From Bacilli bacterium (GTDB lineage: Bacteria > Bacillota_I > Bacilli_A > RFN20 > CAG-826): DNA of 43,092 bases. The translations under genes were made by a program, and so were the position numbers. Positions 26,891-34,696 of the stretch are shown here, one piece after another (positions within the stretch are counted from its first letter, which is position 1; the number at the start of each line of letters is the position of its first letter). The stretch is taken from positions 1 through 43,092 of the forward strand of contig JBAYBO010000001.1 of assembly GCA_041669225.1 (NCBI GenBank), given 5' to 3'. The notes beneath the pieces were generated by a model. That model saw only the letters and a list, made by a program, of their open reading frames with translations, did no database searches and was not told the origin of the DNA.

Positions 26891-27379
26891 TTATTTTCTT
26901 TCGCGTATTTTTTGTGAGATAAACTCAGCTAAACCTTCAGGAACATATGGGGAGATGTCAGCATTAAAAAGGGCTAACTCTTTGATGTATGAAGCTGATA
27001 TGAAAAGATTATGACTCGATGGAAACATGACTAAAGTCTCAATGTTTGGATCACTCGTGTGGTTAAATTGAAACATCGTAATTTCGTTTTGATAGTCATT
27101 GACGTTTCTGACGCCGCGAATAATGACGCCCTCTTCTTTTTGACGAACATAATCAACAAGGATGAGATCGCTTTTTTCGATAACGACGTTTTTAATGTGG
27201 GCCGTTGCTTTTTTAAGCATTTCGACGCGTTCATCGGCCGTAAAAACATAATGCTTGTTTGGATTAACGGCCACCACCACAAAAATTGTTTCAAATAGTC
27301 GGGCGATGCGCTCGATGATGTCGATGTGTCCATTGGATACTGGATCAAAAGATCCGGGATAAATTGCTTTCTTAATCAT
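26891..27379 (-). CDS. coaD: Phosphopantetheine adenylyltransferase
   Basis: AIYPGSFDPVSNGHIDII (T/HxGH motif). 162 aa with a typical CoaD C-terminus. Confidence 0.93.
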   Translation of the reverse strand: MIKKAIYPGSFDPVSNGHIDIIERIARLFETIFVVVAVNPNKHYVFTADERVEMLKKATAHIKNVVIEKSDLILVDYVRQKEEGVIIRGVRNVNDYQNEITMFQFNHTSDPNIETLVMFPSSHNLFISASYIKELALFNADISPYVPEGLAEFISQKIRERK

Positions 27380-27497
27380 AATTTAATTTTATCACAACTA
27401 ATGTTGGTGATAACAATCATTAAATATATTTTTTGAGATTCTTCAATATGTATTGCATTTTGTGTTTTTGCTACATAATGAAAAGGGAGGTATGTTT

Positions 27498-28541
27498 ATG
27501 AAGAGAATAATATATTACATTACCGGCGCTACCGGACACCTCGGTCGGACTATCGCCAATCTTTTACTGGCTCTTAGAAAAACAATTGTGGCCTTTGTTC
27601 TTCCTCGCGACAAAAAGCGCAATTTTGACAATCAAGAACAGGGTGAGGTTCATTTTGTTGAAGGCGATATTCGAAAATTCGAGGATGTCGAGAAGTTTCT
27701 CGCGTTTAAATCTGAAAACACTAATCAAATAGTTATTCACTGTGCGGGAATTATCACGGTTGAAAAATCATTTAATCAACTCGCCTATGACGTTAATGTC
27801 ACAGGCACAAAAAACATTACCGATGTCGCAAAAAAACGAAAAGTAGAAAAATTCATCTATGTTTCAAGTGTTCACGCATTAAAAGAATTACCTAAAAAAG
27901 TACTTATCAGAGAGCAAAATCATTTTGATCCTAATGAGGTTAATGGTTTTTATGCAAAGACAAAAGCTGAGGCCAGCCAATACGTACTAGATGCCGCTAA
28001 AGAGGGACTTAATGCCATTATTGTTCATCCCTCAGGAATCATTGGTCCTAACGATGAGATGAATGGCCACTTCACATCAGTTCTTAAAAACTACCTTGAT
28101 GGTTCTTTATCTTCAATCGTTAAAGGTGGATATAACATTGTCGATGTCCGCGATGTTGCCGACGGAATTATCAAAGCCACTGAGCGAGGCGTCGAGGGCA
28201 AATGTTATCTCTTATCGGGTCAATATCATTCTGTTTACGAAATTATCGAGATTGCCAGTCGGGTTTCAAGACGCAGGAGAATTCGTAGCGTTCTGCCTAT
28301 CTGGTTTGTCAAAATGTTCGCTCCTTTAGCGGTTCTTTGGTCAAAAATTAAAAAACAACCGCCGATTTTCACTGCTTATTCGATGAATGCCTTGGTCTCA
28401 AATTCAAACTTTTCGAACGCGCTCGCCGTTCGTGAGTTAGGATTTTCTGTCCGTCCTTTTGATAACACAATTGAGGATACCATTAGAGATTTAATGTCGC
28501 GAAATGAAATAACGAATAAAAACAAAAAGAAGAGAAAATAG
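27498..28541 (+). CDS. NAD(P)-dependent epimerase/dehydratase-family SDR (dihydroflavonol-reductase-like)
   Basis: Rossmann ITGATGHLGR and catalytic YAKTK (YxxxK). An AAGGGAGG SD lies 8 nt before ATG 27498. The track start at 27453 is a TTG with no SD. Confidence 0.8.
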   Translation: MKRIIYYITGATGHLGRTIANLLLALRKTIVAFVLPRDKKRNFDNQEQGEVHFVEGDIRKFEDVEKFLAFKSENTNQIVIHCAGIITVEKSFNQLAYDVNVTGTKNITDVAKKRKVEKFIYVSSVHALKELPKKVLIREQNHFDPNEVNGFYAKTKAEASQYVLDAAKEGLNAIIVHPSGIIGPNDEMNGHFTSVLKNYLDGSLSSIVKGGYNIVDVRDVADGIIKATERGVEGKCYLLSGQYHSVYEIIEIASRVSRRRRIRSVLPIWFVKMFAPLAVLWSKIKKQPPIFTAYSMNALVSNSNFSNALAVRELGFSVRPFDNTIEDTIRDLMSRNEITNKNKKKRK

Positions 28542-28552
28542 ATATCTTATAA

Positions 28553-29725
28553 ATGTCATTATATAATAAGGACATGGTTGAAATGAAAAAGGTGAAAAAA
28601 GCTCTTTTTGCGAAGATTTATGCTTTAATTGCAATTATTTTTATATTCGCTGGATTAATCATAATCCGACTATTTGAACTATCTGCGGAATTTTGGACGC
28701 GAACTTACTATCGATTTTTGCAATCGACTTTCGGACCGCTTGTTAGTTGGATTCCTTTCTCAATTGCTGAAGTATTTTTTATTTTATTTGCATTAACAAT
28801 TATTGTTCTTCTTGTTTTTATTTTTGCCGATTTCGCTAAAAGAAAAGGACTCGAAGGACTTAATAAATCTCTCGCCTTACTCCTAGTTGTAGTTTCGACA
28901 TTTGCATATTACTTCTCGACGGCTGGGGTTGGATATGGTCGCTATCCAGTTGATATACCACAACATCAAGAAAATGTCGAAAGCAGCGAGTATGTTCCAA
29001 TCGTTGAGCACTTCTTAACAGACTTTAATGCTGTTGCGGACACTCTCGACTTCGATGTTAATGGAAGTGTCATCAAACCTTATACGATTTCTGAGTTAAA
29101 CATTATTCTTCAAAACGAATTCGAGGGACTGGAATCAGACTATTTCACTCGCTTTACTCCCAACGTCAAGCCGATGTTTTTATCATTTCTATTTCGGGAG
29201 TTCAATATCACTGGTATTTCGTTTGCCCCAACAACCGAACCAAACATAAATTATTTGACACCCGATTCGCAGCTCGTCTCGACGATGGCCCATGAAATCG
29301 CTCATTCTAAAGGCGCCATGCGCGAACAGGATGCGAATTTAGTCGCCGCCTATATTCTTCTTAATAGTGAGGAGCCTTATCTGCGTTATTCTGGCTACTA
29401 TACAACTTTTTATAGCATAATTTCTCTTGCAAACTTTGTTGGCGATGACCAAAAGTATAGTGAGCTTTATAACTCCTTGAGACCTGAAATTAAAAACGAT
29501 TATAAGTATTCGCGAGAATATTGGGCCGAGCACGATTTTCTAGACGATATGGCGACTTGGTTTAACAATTTGTATCTTAGCATCGTCGGAAACGAAGGAG
29601 TTTCTTCATATGTTGATAATCCAGACATCGATGAAACCACCGATCCTGATACCGGCGAAACCATTCAATATATAAAGGAGTTCTCGCCCTTCCAAAAGTT
29701 ATATTTCTATTTCTATTACGAATAA
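28553..29725 (+). CDS. Membrane protein with HEXXH motif (DUF3810-like putative zinc metallopeptidase)
   Basis: Three N-terminal TM helices, an extracytoplasmic domain and MAHEIAHSKG (HEXXH). The start is uncertain (ATG 28553, 28574 or 28583). The family name is from memory. Confidence 0.65.
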   Translation: MSLYNKDMVEMKKVKKALFAKIYALIAIIFIFAGLIIIRLFELSAEFWTRTYYRFLQSTFGPLVSWIPFSIAEVFFILFALTIIVLLVFIFADFAKRKGLEGLNKSLALLLVVVSTFAYYFSTAGVGYGRYPVDIPQHQENVESSEYVPIVEHFLTDFNAVADTLDFDVNGSVIKPYTISELNIILQNEFEGLESDYFTRFTPNVKPMFLSFLFREFNITGISFAPTTEPNINYLTPDSQLVSTMAHEIAHSKGAMREQDANLVAAYILLNSEEPYLRYSGYYTTFYSIISLANFVGDDQKYSELYNSLRPEIKNDYKYSREYWAEHDFLDDMATWFNNLYLSIVGNEGVSSYVDNPDIDETTDPDTGETIQYIKEFSPFQKLYFYFYYE

Positions 29726-30375
29726 TTAGTTATTTCGTTTAATGCAAGGCTCTTAAGATAAAGATAGCCCCTCGTTGTTTCCTCGCCAATACTCGTAATC
29801 GGCTGATTAAAAATAAGTAATAAATAATCGATATTTTCTAATTCAAAAACAATCTTATATTCGCTGTCATTTTGTGGGGACGAAATTATTTTTGAATTAA
29901 GTAATGCGTTGGAACTATCGTGAGCTTGAATTAAGTAATTATCATTAGTGAACTCGCCTACTGAGTATGTTTTGTGATTGAATGCGCCAAAGTTTATGTC
30001 GATTGATAAGGTTTCTTCATAATTCGGAACGAGAACTTCTATTTTTGAATCTAATGTATCAAAGCGAAAACCTTGTTCGACGATAAAGACTGGTTCTTCG
30101 CTGCCGATTGGTTCAAAAACATAGTTTTCGTCGAAAGTCGCCGTTTCGTCTGTGAAGTTAATGCCGTGAAGGACTCTGACCTGCGCCTCTTGATTATTAT
30201 CAAGACAACAAATTGTCCCGATGATAATTATAAGCAATAAGGTAATGGTAATAATGGTAATAAAAAGGGCCGGTAAATATGAAATAAACCGCCTTTTTTT
30301 CTTGAATCCAAATTCGTTGACGTTTTTGCTAAAAGAAGAGTCGCCTTCTTGGTTATACTGATTGTTTCCACTCAT
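29716..30375 (-). CDS. Hypothetical type-II membrane-anchored protein
   Basis: 219 aa counted from ATG 30375. It has a basic N-terminus, one TM helix (LPALFITIITITLLLIIIIGTICCL), then a beta-rich ectodomain. No recognisable family. Its 3' end overlaps the convergent DUF3810-like gene by 10 nt. Confidence 0.55.
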   Translation of the reverse strand: MSGNNQYNQEGDSSFSKNVNEFGFKKKRRFISYLPALFITIITITLLLIIIIGTICCLDNNQEAQVRVLHGINFTDETATFDENYVFEPIGSEEPVFIVEQGFRFDTLDSKIEVLVPNYEETLSIDINFGAFNHKTYSVGEFTNDNYLIQAHDSSNALLNSKIISSPQNDSEYKIVFELENIDYLLLIFNQPITSIGEETTRGYLYLKSLALNEITNYS

Positions 30376-30382
30376 CAACTTA

Positions 30383-30410
30383 ATTATAACCCATTAAGTT
30401 TTCTAAGCAA
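30383..30410 (-). promoter_or_regulatory. Promoter placing the TSS at or next to ATG 30375 (leaderless candidate)
   Basis: On the minus strand, TTGCTT (30410-30405), a 16-nt spacer, TATAAT (30388-30383), 7 nt, then ATG. No SD. Confidence 0.45.
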
Positions 30411-30423
30411 ATTCGCAAAAATA

Positions 30424-30687
30424 CTAGGCAACAGTCTTTTTCTTTTTAGGACCTTTAATTGCTACGATTAGACTTGGGATGAAAATAACTAAACCGATGA
30501 TAAAAAGAGCGACCCAAACAGCAACCATAACAATAAATATGACAAAAGCGATTGGGGCTAATGGATCAATACCCTCAGCGATATAGGCTAATAAATCCTG
30601 GACGGCTTGAATGCCAAAAATAACCGCGACGATTATTGCGGCGAGACCAACTAAAGCAAAGATAATGGCAAAGATGCGTTTAACCAT
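30424..30687 (-). CDS. Small hydrophobic membrane protein
   Basis: 87 aa with 2-3 TM helices and a Lys-rich C-terminal tail (KGPKKKKTVA). A GAGG SD lies 8 nt upstream. Confidence 0.55.
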   Translation of the reverse strand: MVKRIFAIIFALVGLAAIIVAVIFGIQAVQDLLAYIAEGIDPLAPIAFVIFIVMVAVWVALFIIGLVIFIPSLIVAIKGPKKKKTVA

Positions 30688-30753
30688 ATTAATACCTCGT
30701 GTGATTCATCGTGGCACAAAACAAATAAATGAACAAGATTTTATGATATAAAA

Positions 30754-32265
30754 CTAATTCCAAGGATTAGGAGCGCTCGCTTCGATAAATTGTTGATACA
30801 TGACATGGCGTTGGAAAATATCAGCGTCAGTGTGAATTATACTAGTATAATAGTTTTGCTCTCGATTATTAATAATATAAGTCGATGTAACAATTTGATA
30901 CATGTCATTATCCTCTAATGAGTATTTATTAAGCCCATCAATGAAAATGGTCAATGTTCCCCAAAGTTCCAACTGTTTTCCAGTTGCTTCGACTATTACC
31001 GTAGCATTATCAAAGGGGAAAGCTTTATACACATCAGCGTATGTAATATCACCGACATTCCATGCCGACCGTGATTCATTATACGATGAGCCAATAATGT
31101 CATAAGATTCAGAATAGGCATCCAATTGTGCTTGAAGGAACATTTGCTGAACGCTCAGTTTGCTAATTGTGCCGTCAATCGAAGCAAAGATAGAATCACT
31201 ATTAATCTCACCAATTTTATCGTTTTTCAGGGCGCGGAGACTTTCACTTTGAACGGGTCCATCCTGAGCGGGAGCATCTAAATAAGCATCATAAATGCTT
31301 TGCACAGCTTCATCTTCAACAAGTGTTATGCTTCCGTTTAAAAGATTCGTGTTTTTATAACCATTCAATGAATAGGATTCCTTGGCAGAATCATAAATGA
31401 ATTCGACCTCGCCAATCGCGCGACCATTCGACGAAGATTCGATTATCGGTACCGATTTAAAATCCGAATTTTTCATCGTCAGAACGGAATTATGATGGCT
31501 ATGTCCAGTAAAAATCGCGTCAACATAATCAGCGATTGATTTATCAACGCGTTTATCAACATCATGAGTTGAGTAAATGATAATATCAGAACCGGCTTGA
31601 CGAAGCCTTTGGGCTTCAGAGATGACCATTGAGGTGGCGTTGACAAATTCATAGCCCTCGACAATCGGACCGTCAATGGAATCATAAACGCCGTTATCAA
31701 TCGAACCGATAACACTAACGCGAGCAGGTCCGCGATTAAAAGTCGTTGATAGATAACCAAAATCATATTGACCTTCAGGATTTAAAATGTTTCCTGATAA
31801 GAAGGGAAAAGACCAATCTCCTTCCTCTTTGTTCATGGCGTAGGCGGCATTTTCTTTTAAAACATCAACGCCCCAGTCAAATTCATGATTGCCGATTGAC
31901 ATCGAATCAAAGCGCATTTCTTTCATGATATCTATCATGAGTTTTCCTTGGCTGATGTTTGAATCGAGACTTCCTTGAAACATGTCGCCCGAAGAAACAA
32001 GAACGACATTCGTATTCGCTTGTTCCCGTATGGTATTAACATAACCAGCTAAATAAGCCATGCCGGGTTCATTATCGTCTGGGCGATACTCAATTGAACC
32101 GTGTGTGTCATTAAGATGCAAAATCTTGATAATATCCCCGCTTTGAGGATCACCACTTTTTTGTTCATTATTTGGATCGGTAACGACCGGCGCCGCGGTC
32201 AGTTCACCATCACAACCAACTAATGCAAGAGCCAAAAGCGGTAAAAGTAAGATAATTTTCTTCAT
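30754..32265 (-). CDS. Lipoprotein, bifunctional metallophosphatase/5'-nucleotidase family
   Basis: Signal peptide with lipobox LALALVGC. Calcineurin-like motifs HLNDTHG, GDMFQGS, GNHEFD and GHSHH, followed by a 5'-nucleotidase C-terminal-type domain. Confidence 0.85.
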   Translation of the reverse strand: MKKIILLLPLLALALVGCDGELTAAPVVTDPNNEQKSGDPQSGDIIKILHLNDTHGSIEYRPDDNEPGMAYLAGYVNTIREQANTNVVLVSSGDMFQGSLDSNISQGKLMIDIMKEMRFDSMSIGNHEFDWGVDVLKENAAYAMNKEEGDWSFPFLSGNILNPEGQYDFGYLSTTFNRGPARVSVIGSIDNGVYDSIDGPIVEGYEFVNATSMVISEAQRLRQAGSDIIIYSTHDVDKRVDKSIADYVDAIFTGHSHHNSVLTMKNSDFKSVPIIESSSNGRAIGEVEFIYDSAKESYSLNGYKNTNLLNGSITLVEDEAVQSIYDAYLDAPAQDGPVQSESLRALKNDKIGEINSDSIFASIDGTISKLSVQQMFLQAQLDAYSESYDIIGSSYNESRSAWNVGDITYADVYKAFPFDNATVIVEATGKQLELWGTLTIFIDGLNKYSLEDNDMYQIVTSTYIINNREQNYYTSIIHTDADIFQRHVMYQQFIEASAPNPWN

Positions 32266-32603
32266 TTATTTCTCCTATTAGAATATTTTTCTCCATATGT
32301 TGTTTTAGCTACCAGTTTTGCGTTATTTAACGAACCACCGACAAGAAATAATTTAATTGTCGCCGGACAACACAATAAACCAGCGACGCTAACTTCTAAT
32401 TTTGGCAAATCTTCATTGACAGTTCGAATCGAAAAGCGAGTATCTTCATTAATTTCGAACTGGGCGGATTTCTGACCTTTAATCACACCAACGATTTCAC
32501 CATTAAAAAGAATTTCGACTTTAATATCACCGATCCATGTCGTCTGATCAGGACCAATAATGGTCACAAGTGAAGTTTCTGGGTGTTGATATTTCATATT
32601 CAT
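32262..32603 (-). CDS. Hypothetical small cytoplasmic protein
   Basis: 113 aa and beta-rich, with no recognisable motif. Its TGA overlaps the ATG of the nucleotidase gene (ATGA, 32262-32265). Confidence 0.5.
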   Translation of the reverse strand: MNMKYQHPETSLVTIIGPDQTTWIGDIKVEILFNGEIVGVIKGQKSAQFEINEDTRFSIRTVNEDLPKLEVSVAGLLCCPATIKLFLVGGSLNNAKLVAKTTYGEKYSNRRNK

Positions 32604-32609
32604 ATTCTA

Positions 32610-33338
32610 CTAGATATGGAACCTTCTTCCAAATTCCTTTGCAACAAGCTTAGGAGCAAAAATAACAAAAAACAGCAACGTAAGGAAGGAAAAAGAAGAG
32701 GCTGCAATCGACATAAATAGAGAGCCCAAAATATCTGGACCAAAGATATCAATCAAAATTAGGACAAAGGGTATAAATCCGATAAACGATAATGAGAACT
32801 GAGCGATGACATAATCATGCAGACGATGCCTCTGTGAGAGCATGGCGATATTAATCGCCAATATAAAAAGCATTAATGTCGCCGGCATCGCATAATCAAG
32901 TGACCATTTAGCAATTTCCGAAAAGTTTTCTAAAAAAAGTGAAGAAGTCATTGAAGGTGAGGCGGTCACAAAATTGATGACGATTAAAAGAGCGGAAAGG
33001 CCAATCGCGTGCAATAAGAGTTTTTGACCAAGGTGATCGGTTCTCCGCACCGTATAAAGACCAACTAACCAAGCATATAAGATTGCCACTCCAACAATTA
33101 ATGACCACAAGAAACCGTTCCAGGTTAGAAGGTTAATTAAAACACAAACGCCAATTGCCACAGGGGCGGCTATCGAAATGCCACGCGCCCATCTTTTTCG
33201 TAAATTAATAAACTTAATATATGATGGAAAAGGTTTTTTGGAGGCTGGTTCATCTCCGTGCTCGACTGGTCCATGGCAAAGAGGGCATTTCTCGCCTTTT
33301 GAAACGATATTAACTTTACAATCAGGACAAAAATCCAT
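32610..33338 (-). CDS. Zinc-ribbon membrane protein (DUF6320-like)
   Basis: 242 aa counted from ATG 33338. A GGGAGGAGG SD lies 9 nt upstream, inside the end of the preceding gene. N-terminal CPDC...CPLCHG zinc ribbon followed by about 5 TM helices. The family name is from memory. Confidence 0.65.
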   Translation of the reverse strand: MDFCPDCKVNIVSKGEKCPLCHGPVEHGDEPASKKPFPSYIKFINLRKRWARGISIAAPVAIGVCVLINLLTWNGFLWSLIVGVAILYAWLVGLYTVRRTDHLGQKLLLHAIGLSALLIVINFVTASPSMTSSLFLENFSEIAKWSLDYAMPATLMLFILAINIAMLSQRHRLHDYVIAQFSLSFIGFIPFVLILIDIFGPDILGSLFMSIAASSFSFLTLLFFVIFAPKLVAKEFGRRFHI

Positions 33339-33339
33339 C

Positions 33340-34635
33340 TTAAGCGACCTCCTCCCAGTAATTACTTTCAACTTCCACTTCTAATCCTAAATTAACTAAA
33401 TTACGAAAAAGTTGCATTGGAAGCAGCGTGTCGCGTGTCTCGCGAAGAACACTAATTGTCAAAATGTTATTAAAAGTAATGACACCGATTCCAAACGCGC
33501 AGTTGATATCGTTTGATAAGTTAAATTCAAAATCTTGAACATGTTCAGCCATCGACTGCGGAAGTTGAACAATACCAATGTTTGACATAGTCAAAGTGTT
33601 GAGTCTTCCCCCATACTTTGTCCCAGCAATAGTCATCGCGGGTTTTTTAAGAAATAAAGGGGTGAGGCGCATCGCCATATTTCGTTCGGCTTGCATATTA
33701 ACATTAATGTTTTCAACGATGCTTTCTTTTGAAAGACCTTCGCTAAAACTTTTTTTCACCTGCGTAAGTATTTCATCAAATTCTCCGCGCTTATCATCCT
33801 TCACAGTCGTGTGAAAGAAGAGAGTGAAGTTGCGAAGCGATTCTGATGGAAATAGACGTCGAAGGTTAATTGGTATACAAATATTAACACGATTATTTTT
33901 AATCATTCTCTCGCCGTACACTTGATAGACGGTTTGGGTTAATAAGGCTGAAAGATATTCGGTTACAGTCGCGTTATACTGCTTGGCCAAAGCATGTAAA
34001 GCGTTCGAATCAAGACGGCCATTAATAACACCGCGTCCTTGACCGCTTGGAAAGCGGGCATCTTTAATACTAAATGGAGTGGGGACAACATAGCGTTTAT
34101 GAGGATTCATCGTGGCGTATTTAAAGAAACTATCTTCCAATTCTTCGATTGATGGATCTTGGTCGACCGTTAAAACCAAGCCTTCGCTTTCCAAGTGATG
34201 ACCTTTTAATTCAAGATAACGATAAGTAAGGGCTTTTAAAAAAACGACTGCTCCGGTTCCGTCGGTTAAACTATGAAAAACTTCTAAACTAATCCGCTTT
34301 TCATAATAAAACACCGTAAAGCGAAAATAGTTATTACTATAATAGTCAATTGATTTGTTAATGCGACTATCTTCAGGGCGAACACGCGCCATTTTTTTAT
34401 TTTCTTCAAGATAATACCAAAAAACACCGTGCCGGACTCGCACAAACATCGCTGGAAAACGACTGCGCATATCGAGTAATGCCCGCTGCAAAACGTAAGG
34501 ATCAACCTCTTCTTTAAGATTAATCGCAAAACGAAATACACAGCTATTGCGACGACTTACCATCGCTGGATAAATTTTTGCGGCGTTATCTAAACGATAC
34601 CAATCTTGATTAATGCCATTAATTTTATTCTTCAT
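33340..34635 (-). CDS. HxxxDG acyltransferase of the condensation / alcohol-acetyltransferase / WS-DGAT-PapA5-like superfamily
   Basis: About 431 aa. N-terminus WYRLDNAAKIYPA and catalytic-type motif FHSLTDGTG (HxxxDG). The start is either ATG 34635 or GTG 34656. Confidence 0.65.
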   Translation of the reverse strand: MKNKINGINQDWYRLDNAAKIYPAMVSRRNSCVFRFAINLKEEVDPYVLQRALLDMRSRFPAMFVRVRHGVFWYYLEENKKMARVRPEDSRINKSIDYYSNNYFRFTVFYYEKRISLEVFHSLTDGTGAVVFLKALTYRYLELKGHHLESEGLVLTVDQDPSIEELEDSFFKYATMNPHKRYVVPTPFSIKDARFPSGQGRGVINGRLDSNALHALAKQYNATVTEYLSALLTQTVYQVYGERMIKNNRVNICIPINLRRLFPSESLRNFTLFFHTTVKDDKRGEFDEILTQVKKSFSEGLSKESIVENINVNMQAERNMAMRLTPLFLKKPAMTIAGTKYGGRLNTLTMSNIGIVQLPQSMAEHVQDFEFNLSNDINCAFGIGVITFNNILTISVLRETRDTLLPMQLFRNLVNLGLEVEVESNYWEEVA

Positions 34636-34642
34636 TTTTATC

Positions 34643-34660
34643 AGTCGTGTTAACACGACT
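34643..34660. repeat. Perfect 18-bp palindrome AGTCGTGTTAACACGACT
   Basis: Read directly from the sequence. It lies in the 61-nt spacer between the esterase stop (34697) and acyltransferase ATG (34635). No U-tract follows on the transcribed strand. Confidence 0.9.
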
Positions 34661-34696
34661 CGTTCATACTATACGTGATTGAGGACAATTCGTAAA

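Noticed and set aside
30424-30687. The 87-aa protein with 2-3 TM helices and a Lys-rich tail as a phage holin.
   Set aside because: No endolysin, spanin or other phage genes occur in or near the cluster. Small basic-tailed membrane proteins are common, so a holin call is not supportable.
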